A stretch of DNA of 64,000 bases, from the sequence record MT478991.1; one strand, 5' to 3'. The notes beneath the pieces were generated by a model. That model was not told where the DNA came from, made no database searches, and saw only the letters and a program-made list of their open reading frames with translations. This DNA is from Escherichia phage vB_EcoM_011D4. A program made the translations under genes and the position numbers. The number at the start of each line of letters is the position of its first letter. The first letter of the stretch is position 1. This document shows positions 24,798-32,400 of the stretch, one piece after another.

Positions 24798-26029
24798 TAT
24801 ACTGCCATTTGAGCGGTGATCGCTGGATGGCTTTGATAGTTGTGGATTTTAAAGTCTTTCGGAGTCTTTGTCAATACCTCATCTAAAGATTTAAATTCCG
24901 GCAACTCAATTGTTGGTTTATCAAACGGAACACGGCTTAACTGTTCCATAACTTGATCAAAATGGTTTTTGTAAATGTGAGTATCTCCACCAGAGAAAAT
25001 CAGTTCTCCTACCTCAAGATCACACATTTTCGCTATGATGTGAGTTAACAGCGCATAGCTGGCAACATTAAAGGGCAAGCCCAAAAAGCTGTCTACGCTT
25101 CGCTGAAACCACATACAAGATAGTTTACCTTCATTGACGTAGAATTGCACGAAAGGATGACATACACCTAATACAGCATTATGTGTTCCTTGTACGTTCC
25201 ATGCGTCAATGATAATACGTCTATTATACGGATCATTCTTGATTAAGTCAATCACGTTTTGTAACTGGTCTTCCCAAATCTTCGGGCGATAGACATATTC
25301 TTCATCGTCTTTAGTGCTTGATGTGTCTACGTCCATACTAACAAAGATCGTGGTATCCGGTGCTATAATATCCCCACCCAGATAATCACTATCAAGCAGA
25401 TAACCGAAATAACCATCATCTACCCATTCCTGGAATCCCCACAAGCAATATGCATCATTAACAAAATTAGATTGGGTCTTCCAGTGATCTGCTACTAAGA
25501 ATTGATTATATTCAGAATCAAACTCTTCATAACGCATACCACGCCAGATAGCACATAAACGGTCTTCTGTTTCATTGGTTGGCGTAAAGTCTTCTACCCA
25601 CGGGTGTTTAAATGTATGTGTATATTTGCTATTAACGCGCTTAATTTTGATTTCACCATGTGGATGAATCGGTTTGCGTCGCCACGCCATACCATACATA
25701 TTGCCGACATTATAACCATTGAATCGCAAAGGATTCTTTTCTTTCATATCAAGACAGTTACCGCGCCAAATGTCAAAGGCTTCTTCGTCAAACTTACCGC
25801 GTGTAATTTCCTGTAAGCGACGGCGGTCAAGTGATCCTTCCATAAACCATAGCAACTCGCCAATTACAGAGGCTGTAGCCATCTTTTTAGTAGTCAGTAA
25901 GGGGAAACCCTTGCTTAAATCAATTCGCATCTCTGCACCGAATTTAGAGAGCGTACCGACCCCCGTGCGGTCTTCACGAGGCCAGCCATTATCAAGAACA
26001 TCACGCAACAGTTTCAAATATTCTTTCAT
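24797..26029 (-). CDS. td: thymidylate synthase with a large internal insertion
   Basis: N-terminal EDRTGVGT, catalytic core LGVCHPFVQFY, C-terminal HPAI..AV; 410 aa vs about 286 aa recalled for T4 Td; no intron (continuous frame). Confidence 0.85.
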   Translation of the reverse strand: MKEYLKLLRDVLDNGWPREDRTGVGTLSKFGAEMRIDLSKGFPLLTTKKMATASVIGELLWFMEGSLDRRRLQEITRGKFDEEAFDIWRGNCLDMKEKNPLRFNGYNVGNMYGMAWRRKPIHPHGEIKIKRVNSKYTHTFKHPWVEDFTPTNETEDRLCAIWRGMRYEEFDSEYNQFLVADHWKTQSNFVNDAYCLWGFQEWVDDGYFGYLLDSDYLGGDIIAPDTTIFVSMDVDTSSTKDDEEYVYRPKIWEDQLQNVIDLIKNDPYNRRIIIDAWNVQGTHNAVLGVCHPFVQFYVNEGKLSCMWFQRSVDSFLGLPFNVASYALLTHIIAKMCDLEVGELIFSGGDTHIYKNHFDQVMEQLSRVPFDKPTIELPEFKSLDEVLTKTPKDFKIHNYQSHPAITAQMAV

Positions 26030-26270
26030 CCCACTTCACCTTTTTCTTGTTCATTGCTTTCTTACGCAGTTTTGCTACTGTCTCATCAATATCGATAAAG
26101 ACAACACCCGGATCGAATACAGTAACAGGTCTTGAAATATCGCTATTTTCCTGTACCGGAAGCCATGATGCTTCCGCTTCAACATAGGCATATTGTAAGC
26201 CGTAATAATCTACGGCTACTGCGTAGTTTTCACTGGTAGCCGACCATAGTTGAATAATGGTGATTTTCAT
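26001..26270 (-). CDS. hypothetical protein (89 aa)
   Basis: Start moved to ATG at 26270; overlaps td start by 29 nt. Confidence 0.45.
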   Translation of the reverse strand: MKITIIQLWSATSENYAVAVDYYGLQYAYVEAEASWLPVQENSDISRPVTVFDPGVVFIDIDETVAKLRKKAMNKKKVKWDERIFETVA

Positions 26271-26362
26271 TATTGTTCCCTTCCGCAATGTAAACACCGA
26301 CCACCAGCAAACATCAAAGATTCACCACAATGTTTGCACTCATAATCTGTCAGAATTTTCAT
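26270..26362 (-). CDS. micro zinc-ribbon peptide (30 aa)
   Basis: Hand translation MKILTDYECKHCGESLMFAGGRCLHCGREQ; start 1 nt after frd stop; TAATG with next gene. Confidence 0.3.
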   Translation of the reverse strand: MKILTDYECKHCGESLMFAGGRCLHCGREQ

Positions 26363-26363
26363 G

Positions 26364-26945
26364 TTACGCCTTCTTACGTTCTAAAATTTGTTCGCTGATC
26401 AGGTAATCATCAAGGAAGTAATTATGTTCTTCTTTTGTTACAAAGTCAAAATATAATTCCTGAATCATTTCCTTAGAGATACCAACATCATATTCAAACG
26501 GATCGTTGATTCCTGAACGTTGAACATACGTTAACACAATACGGTCCGCAAAGTCAACTGCTTTTTCAATCAGGGAAGGTCCACCGATAACGCTTACCAT
26601 ACCTTGCAATTTCTCTATGACTTCCAATAAATCCTTCAAACCACCATCATTAGTAATCGCGGTATACACATCAGGCTGTTCGCCGTTTTTTGCTTTCGGT
26701 GCTGGCTTACTGGTATCGGTACTAACAACCACATTCACACGACCTTCCAGTGCTTTAGGAAGACTTTCAAAGGTATTACGTCCCATTACTACCGCCGCAA
26801 GATCAACATCTCCCATAGTGCGCATTTTAAAGTTTTCCATATCTTTTTTGATTGGACGACCCCACGGTAAGCCGCCTTTAAAACCAAACGCCCAATTTTC
26901 ATCCGACATTTTAGTGTCACCAATCGCAAATACACATTGAATCAT
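26364..26945 (-). CDS. frd: dihydrofolate reductase
   Basis: VIGGPSL glycine motif, LPWGRP-like motif; start moved to ATG at 26945 with AGGAGATTATATT RBS. Confidence 0.8.
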   Translation of the reverse strand: MIQCVFAIGDTKMSDENWAFGFKGGLPWGRPIKKDMENFKMRTMGDVDLAAVVMGRNTFESLPKALEGRVNVVVSTDTSKPAPKAKNGEQPDVYTAITNDGGLKDLLEVIEKLQGMVSVIGGPSLIEKAVDFADRIVLTYVQRSGINDPFEYDVGISKEMIQELYFDFVTKEEHNYFLDDYLISEQILERKKA

Positions 26946-26959
26946 AATATAATCTCCTG

Positions 26960-27289
26960 TCAAATCAGTTTAAAGAAGTTTTCGTTTACATTTTCTTCGG
27001 TGATTGCTGTCTTAAATTCTTGACCGTTATCCGGTGTGATGAAATAACGGTCAGAATAATCACGAAAACGTTTTAAGTGAGATACCCCAACATTAACACC
27101 ATTTTCCCAAAAACGAAAGGTAATCATTTTTGGTTCATATCGATAGTCGCTGGTTAACACAGTACCATCACCGCGACGGGCTTCATAAACCGTAATACAT
27201 TCACGATTAGCGGCTTTAAGGCATTCTTCAATAGTGCCACACGAGATAATACTTACTTTTTCATCTACGATTTGCTCTACAGTCCACAT
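26960..27289 (-). CDS. hypothetical protein (109 aa)
   Basis: ATG, RBS GAGAGGATTATATT; promoter cassette upstream. Confidence 0.55.
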   Translation of the reverse strand: MWTVEQIVDEKVSIISCGTIEECLKAANRECITVYEARRGDGTVLTSDYRYEPKMITFRFWENGVNVGVSHLKRFRDYSDRYFITPDNGQEFKTAITEENVNENFFKLI

Positions 27290-27320
27290 AATATAATCCT
27301 CTCTTCGTTTCGATGTTTGT

Positions 27321-27348
27321 ATTATACATCATCTGTATTCGGTGTCAA
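27321..27348 (-). promoter_or_regulatory. early promoter cassette
   Basis: TTGACA-16-TATAAT. Confidence 0.5.
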
Positions 27349-27674
27349 CCTTTTTGTTCCATGAAAAGCGGTGCTGTTTCTTCTTTCAGTTTAATAACTA
27401 GCGCGGAAACTTCATCAAGAAAATCTTTTTCCATATGAGCAAGCATTGATTTAGAATCTTTGATGACTTTCAAAGAATATTCACTTAGATCTCCTTTTCC
27501 TAACAATAATGCAGGATACACACTATGTGGGATCTCGATTTCATGATATTCGCTCATAGTATAATATTTGTGAATTTTTAAATCTATATTTCTTCGTTGT
27601 ACGTCTACCTCAGCAATGACATACAGAAGTTCGATTTTATCACTTTTCTGGGAAAGGGTAGCATTCAAAAACAT
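27345..27674 (-). CDS. hypothetical protein (109 aa)
   Basis: ATG, RBS GGAGGATTAACA; promoter cassette upstream. Confidence 0.55.
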   Translation of the reverse strand: MFLNATLSQKSDKIELLYVIAEVDVQRRNIDLKIHKYYTMSEYHEIEIPHSVYPALLLGKGDLSEYSLKVIKDSKSMLAHMEKDFLDEVSALVIKLKEETAPLFMEQKG

Positions 27675-27703
27675 TGTTAATCCTCCGTTGTTTCGATGAG
27701 CGC

Positions 27704-27731
27704 ATTATACATTACCACATCAGCATGTCAA
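27704..27731 (-). promoter_or_regulatory. early promoter cassette
   Basis: TTGACA-16-TATAAT. Confidence 0.5.
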
Positions 27732-27758
27732 CACCTTTTTCATAAAATTTTAGGCAAT

Positions 27759-27790
27759 AAAAAAGCCTCCCCGAAGGGAGGCTGTAAAAT
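27759..27790 (-). terminator. rho-independent terminator downstream of gene 32
   Basis: GCCTCCCTTCGGGGAGGC then TTTTTTATT. Confidence 0.65.
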
Positions 27791-27793
27791 TCA

Positions 27794-28735
27794 TTAGAGA
27801 TTCAGAAGAGAATCAAGGTCATCCAGATCCGAAGCGGAGGAAGTACCGCCACCCAGGTCCAGAGATGCCATCAGGTCATCAGCGGAAGAACTCGACGCGG
27901 TGATAGCTGAGGTAGTACCAGCGTCGAATGCATTCATCTGAGCATCGAAATCATCAAGCTGGCTGTTAATCGCTGCCGCAGCACTGGAAGCCGCAGCACC
28001 AGCTACCATAGACACGCCCATAGTTTTCTTAAATTTGGTTTCCAGTTCATCAAACGGTTTAAACTGGCTAGGTGCTACAATCTCACCCAGATCAACCATG
28101 TTTTCCATCAGATATTTCTGATATGCTTCGTCTTCAATTTTCGGAAGCTGTGATTGCTGCATGAAACGAGAATCATCATAGTTCTGGTGTTTATCAACCT
28201 TCTTAGCTTTCAGGAGGAAGTTAGCGCCAGAGAACACACAAGTTACATCGACCGGAACTTCGCCCATATCGGTATTCACGTTCACCATTGCAACGATCTT
28301 ATCATAAATTTTCTGACCGAAGCGGAATTTGAATACCTTACCTTCGTTTTCTGGTGCTTGAGGATCTTTCAGTACCAGAATATTTGCGTAGTAAGACGCT
28401 TTACGTTTAATCAGTTGCCATTCGGTTTTATCGGTATTGTACAGATCTTTTTCGTTAATATATTTGCACACCGGGCAAGAATCAAAATCACCGTGGGTGC
28501 TGGAGCAGTTTTCCCAATACCATTTTCCATTAACTTTGAAGGAATGGTTTACCAGTTTCACAATCGGCAGACCGTCTTCTGTCTTAGACGGCAGGAAGCG
28601 AATCAGGGCTTCACCGTTACCCGCTGCATCAGTCTTAATCTTCCACTCTTTCGGATCTTCTTTGGAAAAACCGTTGCCACCTTTCAGTGCGGCCAGTTGA
28701 GCTTGCAGTTTGGAGCTATCTTGACGTTTAAACAT
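27794..28735 (-). CDS. 32: single-stranded DNA-binding protein gp32
   Basis: Strong similarity to recalled T4 gp32 (FLPSK, CSSTHGD.DSCPVC zinc site, [15 protein letters not shown], acidic C-terminus); start at ATG 28735 (track start is GTG). Confidence 0.9.
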   Translation of the reverse strand: MFKRQDSSKLQAQLAALKGGNGFSKEDPKEWKIKTDAAGNGEALIRFLPSKTEDGLPIVKLVNHSFKVNGKWYWENCSSTHGDFDSCPVCKYINEKDLYNTDKTEWQLIKRKASYYANILVLKDPQAPENEGKVFKFRFGQKIYDKIVAMVNVNTDMGEVPVDVTCVFSGANFLLKAKKVDKHQNYDDSRFMQQSQLPKIEDEAYQKYLMENMVDLGEIVAPSQFKPFDELETKFKKTMGVSMVAGAAASSAAAAINSQLDDFDAQMNAFDAGTTSAITASSSSADDLMASLDLGGGTSSASDLDDLDSLLNL

Positions 28736-28771
28736 ATTCACTATTCCTTCTTTTGATTAATTTACTAGACT

Positions 28772-28799
28772 ATTATACAGATTTAAATTTACTTGTCAA
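28772..28799 (-). promoter_or_regulatory. sigma70-like promoter for gene 32, inside HNH gene 3 prime end
   Basis: TTGACA-16-TATAAT about 36 nt upstream of gp32 ATG. Confidence 0.5.
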
Positions 28800-29382
28800 A
28801 TACTTTATTAATTATATCTAACAACTTTGGTTTTCTATTTTCAAATTCTAACATTTCTTCGGGAGAAATATCAACTACTTCTGTTTTATGAAAGAAATCA
28901 GGATCTATTGCATCGGCAACAAAATTTCTAGCTAACGCAGCGGCCTTTTCGTAATCATAAAGACCTAGATACAAAAGTTTCCCTCTATCAACCTGAATAC
29001 ATGCTTTATATTTACCATCTCGTTTATAAAAACTTACTCCGATATACTCAGACGTCTTACCTTTTTGCTTTCCAACATTTCTTGAGTTTTGTTGGTCAGT
29101 CGCATCTCTCAAGTTTTCAATCCGATTATCGGTTATAACTCGGTTTACATGGTCAACACATTTTGGCATATATCCATGATGCATGAAGAAAATTATTCTA
29201 TGCTCTTTGTGCAATCGACCATCAAACTTAACTACTCTATATCCAATTCTTGGATTTACATAGCCCGCTCTAGATCCGACTTTATGCTTTCGGTTTGTCG
29301 ATATCTTGCGAATCAGCTTACCGTTATCATATTTAAAGAGTTCATGACAACGAGCATACAATTCAGGATCATATGTTTTCAC
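28789..29382 (-). CDS. HNH homing endonuclease with AP2 DNA-binding domain
   Basis: HNH_3-type motif (HHGYMPKCVDHVNRVITDNRIENL) followed by AP2-like YIGVSFYKRDGKYKA; apparent GTG start overlapping gp59 3 prime end. Confidence 0.7.
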   Translation of the reverse strand: MKTYDPELYARCHELFKYDNGKLIRKISTNRKHKVGSRAGYVNPRIGYRVVKFDGRLHKEHRIIFFMHHGYMPKCVDHVNRVITDNRIENLRDATDQQNSRNVGKQKGKTSEYIGVSFYKRDGKYKACIQVDRGKLLYLGLYDYEKAAALARNFVADAIDPDFFHKTEVVDISPEEMLEFENRKPKLLDIINKVFDK

Positions 29383-30046
29383 CTTTTAACCTCGATATTT
29401 CTTTACACTCTTTAACTACTTTAACAAATAATGTTCTTGCTTTTGCGGCGTCAATAACAAGTAGTTTCTTGTACGCCTTCATTTTAACACTATAAGTTTG
29501 CCAAATCAAGTCTTTGGCTACCTTGTCGTGTTCGTCGATTATATTTAGAAAGCTATCTAACAACATAAACGACTCAAACGATATAATCCGATTTTGCAGT
29601 AGTTTAAAGATACCGCTAGTTTCGGTTGCGGGATTGTATGTAATTAGCTCTTTAAGAGTAACCCCGCGTTTCTCTGAGAAGTATACAAGACTTTTAATGT
29701 CATCGTCAAATCGTGTTGCAGCATCAGTGATCTTACCGATATACTCCATGTAAAATCCGTATGCGTCAACATCAGTGATTTCACCTACCCATGCATCGGT
29801 ATTGGCTACCAGATTGCTTAGGAATAGGAAGTATAATTCTCTTAGATTGTACTTTTCCGCTAATTTCGCGAAATAATACTTATCTCTGCGTTTATTGAAT
29901 GCGGCATCAGACAACCGCATCCTCCAATTGTATTTTACGCAATCATAACGCCCGTTCATGTGAGCTTTCATCATGCAATATAACATATACACAGATTTAG
30001 CATTAATTCGCATATCTGGATCTGGAGGAAGACGGTTTCTGATCAT
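29369..30046 (-). CDS. 59: helicase loader gp59
   Basis: KSVYMLYCMMKAHMNGRYDCVKYNWRMRLSDAAFNKRRDKYYF closely matches recalled T4 gp59 N-terminus. Confidence 0.85.
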   Translation of the reverse strand: MIRNRLPPDPDMRINAKSVYMLYCMMKAHMNGRYDCVKYNWRMRLSDAAFNKRRDKYYFAKLAEKYNLRELYFLFLSNLVANTDAWVGEITDVDAYGFYMEYIGKITDAATRFDDDIKSLVYFSEKRGVTLKELITYNPATETSGIFKLLQNRIISFESFMLLDSFLNIIDEHDKVAKDLIWQTYSVKMKAYKKLLVIDAAKARTLFVKVVKECKEISRLKGENI

Positions 30047-30055
30047 ACATACCCC

Positions 30056-30310
30056 TTAAATATCGAGAGTGTTGGTCGGTTCGTCGATCACTCCCTTCCT
30101 GAGCGTTCTATTTACTATACATTCTTGTGTGATCTTGTCAATAATGGACACCGGAATATATTTCTGATAGTGACCATATTCGATAGAGTTTTCCTCTACA
30201 AACTGCGTTGTCGCTTCAAGATAAGTCAATCCCTCTTCAACAACCAGTTTTTCGATTGCAAGACCGTTTGCTGTTTTGTTCGCGGCTTTTACCGCATGTT
30301 CATTAAGCAT
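30056..30310 (-). CDS. hypothetical protein; positional candidate for late-transcription co-activator gp33
   Basis: Synteny only (T4 order 59-33-dsbA-rnh); no motif recognised. Confidence 0.35.
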   Translation of the reverse strand: MLNEHAVKAANKTANGLAIEKLVVEEGLTYLEATTQFVEENSIEYGHYQKYIPVSIIDKITQECIVNRTLRKGVIDEPTNTLDI

Positions 30311-30578
30311 TGAACACCCGATCATAGAGTTCTACTGCTTCGTCGCGTTCTGCTTCGAAGGTTTCGCGCTGTTGCTGGTGATACAGTTTAAACAGAATGC
30401 CCCACATTTTACCATCGACGCCTAATTCTTCTTTAGCACGCTGTTTGATCTCTTTGATCTTATCGCCGTATGCTTCTTGAATGGTTTTCTGATCGCTGGC
30501 TTCTTTAATCAGTTGTGCCAGGGTATTTCCGTGTACATTTTCATCGAATACTACTTTTTCTTTTTTCTGTTCAGTCAT
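30303..30578 (-). CDS. hypothetical protein; positional candidate for DsbA (dsDNA-binding)
   Basis: Synteny and size (91 aa) only. Confidence 0.35.
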   Translation of the reverse strand: MTEQKKEKVVFDENVHGNTLAQLIKEASDQKTIQEAYGDKIKEIKQRAKEELGVDGKMWGILFKLYHQQQRETFEAERDEAVELYDRVFNA

Positions 30579-30583
30579 AATAT

Positions 30584-31180
30584 TTAACCCTCTTTCGTCA
30601 TTAATTGAAAACCACGTTCAGCTTTTGAAATTTCGCTAGGACTTAAATCGTCACCAACATATTCTAGCATCATTTCTCGGATAATGTCAAGTGCTTTTTC
30701 ATCACCTGATTTTAACTCGAACTCAAGTTCATAGTGAGCATCTCCCATTACTTCGCCGACTTTGCAATAATAGAAAGTGTCTTTGCACATTTCCACTATA
30801 GCACCCTCAAGGTCAATTGTCAATGACTTGCGGTATGTCATTACTTGCAATAAAGGAACGATAAGGTCGGAGTTTACGCCTAGACTATCAACATAATGAT
30901 AGAAATCATCCATTGTTGAAAAAGTAATTTCTTCTCGGTTGAAGAGTCCAGATTCACTATCACCTATTTTGACCATGATCAATGATCTATTAACGTCAAG
31001 TCGAGCATAAATTCCTTTTCGACGCAGTGCATGATCTTCGGTATCATAATAAAATTCGTGTTTTAGAGTGTTAGCACGATCTACTAGATTGTACCCGTCA
31101 TACATTGCTACCCACAAATCACAGATTGTTTCGACGCCAATTTGTGAGTGTGCATAGTATTTTAATTCAAGTTCTTTCAT
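30584..31180 (-). CDS. CYTH-domain (triphosphate tunnel metalloenzyme) protein
   Basis: N-terminal ELELKY and C-terminal HYELEFELK acidic beta-strand motifs typical of CYTH/CyaB-like proteins. Confidence 0.45.
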   Translation of the reverse strand: MKELELKYYAHSQIGVETICDLWVAMYDGYNLVDRANTLKHEFYYDTEDHALRRKGIYARLDVNRSLIMVKIGDSESGLFNREEITFSTMDDFYHYVDSLGVNSDLIVPLLQVMTYRKSLTIDLEGAIVEMCKDTFYYCKVGEVMGDAHYELEFELKSGDEKALDIIREMMLEYVGDDLSPSEISKAERGFQLMTKEG

Positions 31181-31190
31181 ATGTCAACCC

Positions 31191-32138
31191 TTAGAACTCA
31201 CCAATTTTCTGCAACATTTTAACTAACGCATTTGTTACAAAATAGTTATAAATTTTACCGCGTGGTGCTGGTTTAGATTTTTCCCATGCTAACAAAATTT
31301 CATACTCAATGTTATCAGGAATAAATTCAAAATCAATAAGTTCGCGGTTTTCGTCAAAGCGTCGTGCTTCTTCCTCTGTCATCAAAGACTTTGGATCTTC
31401 GGCATCGAAAATTTGCTCTAACCATTTGGTTGCAATTGGTTTAGCTCGTTCACCTTCCAGTCGTGAGATAATGAAATCACTACGGCACTTGATAGAAGCT
31501 ACACCGTCTTTTGCGTCGCCCTTAACACATTTTACCATAAGGTCTTTGTAAGGGCTACCATATTTGCATTTCTTCCATGCTTTCTGTACTGGCGCCCACT
31601 GTTTCACGTTTTTGTATTTGTGCAACTGTGTGTAGTCACCATCACCGGAGTTGATCAGCACCTGGCGACCTTCTACAGAAAACTTTTTAGTTAACACAGC
31701 GATTATATCATCTGCTTCAACTTTGTCAACCTTAATAACGTGATAAGGCATGTTCTCTTTAAACTCTTCGGTGATCTTATTGATCGCAGCAAAGATCATC
31801 TCCCAATCACGCGGATCTGCGTCTCGTTTTTCCTTACGGTTGCGTTTATAGTAAGATGCGATATCACGTCGCCAGTAACCTTTGCTTGAATCAAAGGCAA
31901 GTACCGTAATTGGGTATTGCTCTTTGAATTTTGTCATATTATAACGCATGGTGTCAAGGATAAGATGACGGATCATGCCTTCATTAATAGGATCTTCCGG
32001 TTTAAAGGTATGCGAGATAGTAGCAATCATAAGCTGCGACATATCAATCAAATGCACACCTTCCGGCAGTTTATCTTCTGGATCATCGAAGAAATCATTA
32101 AGTGTAGCGGTAGTTTTTGTAAACGGGTTATACGTCAT
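31191..32138 (-). CDS. rnh: RNase H / FEN-type 5 prime-3 prime exonuclease
   Basis: HVIKVDKVEADDIIAVL, SGDGDYTQLHKY.NVKQW, PRGKIYNYF match recalled T4 RNase H. Confidence 0.85.
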   Translation of the reverse strand: MTYNPFTKTTATLNDFFDDPEDKLPEGVHLIDMSQLMIATISHTFKPEDPINEGMIRHLILDTMRYNMTKFKEQYPITVLAFDSSKGYWRRDIASYYKRNRKEKRDADPRDWEMIFAAINKITEEFKENMPYHVIKVDKVEADDIIAVLTKKFSVEGRQVLINSGDGDYTQLHKYKNVKQWAPVQKAWKKCKYGSPYKDLMVKCVKGDAKDGVASIKCRSDFIISRLEGERAKPIATKWLEQIFDAEDPKSLMTEEEARRFDENRELIDFEFIPDNIEYEILLAWEKSKPAPRGKIYNYFVTNALVKMLQKIGEF

Positions 32139-32364
32139 AATTAAGTTCTCTCCACTCTCACAACAACATATTCGCCAAACGAGTTAGATACTTCACGATC
32201 ATACCCGTATTTCTCCATAACTCGCAGAATTGCATTGTTTAATTCGGCACGGAAATAATTATAATCCTTATCAGGGATTCTGTCAACTACCCATTTTGCA
32301 CCTTCTGACAAATCAACTTTAACCATAATATATCATCCTCTTTTGTTTCTATCAAGCCTCATTT

Positions 32365-32372
32365 TATAAATA
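32365..32372 (+). promoter_or_regulatory. T4-type late promoter TATAAATA for gene 34
   Basis: Exact TATAAATA about 30 nt upstream of ATG. Confidence 0.6.
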
Positions 32373-32400
32373 TGAACATACTATAAAAGGAGACCCAATA

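Noticed and set aside
24797-26029. Group I intron or intein in td
   Set aside because: The td reading frame is continuous across the extra 125 codons (so not an intron) and the insertion lacks intein junction residues (N-terminal Cys/Ser, C-terminal His-Asn plus Cys/Ser/Thr)
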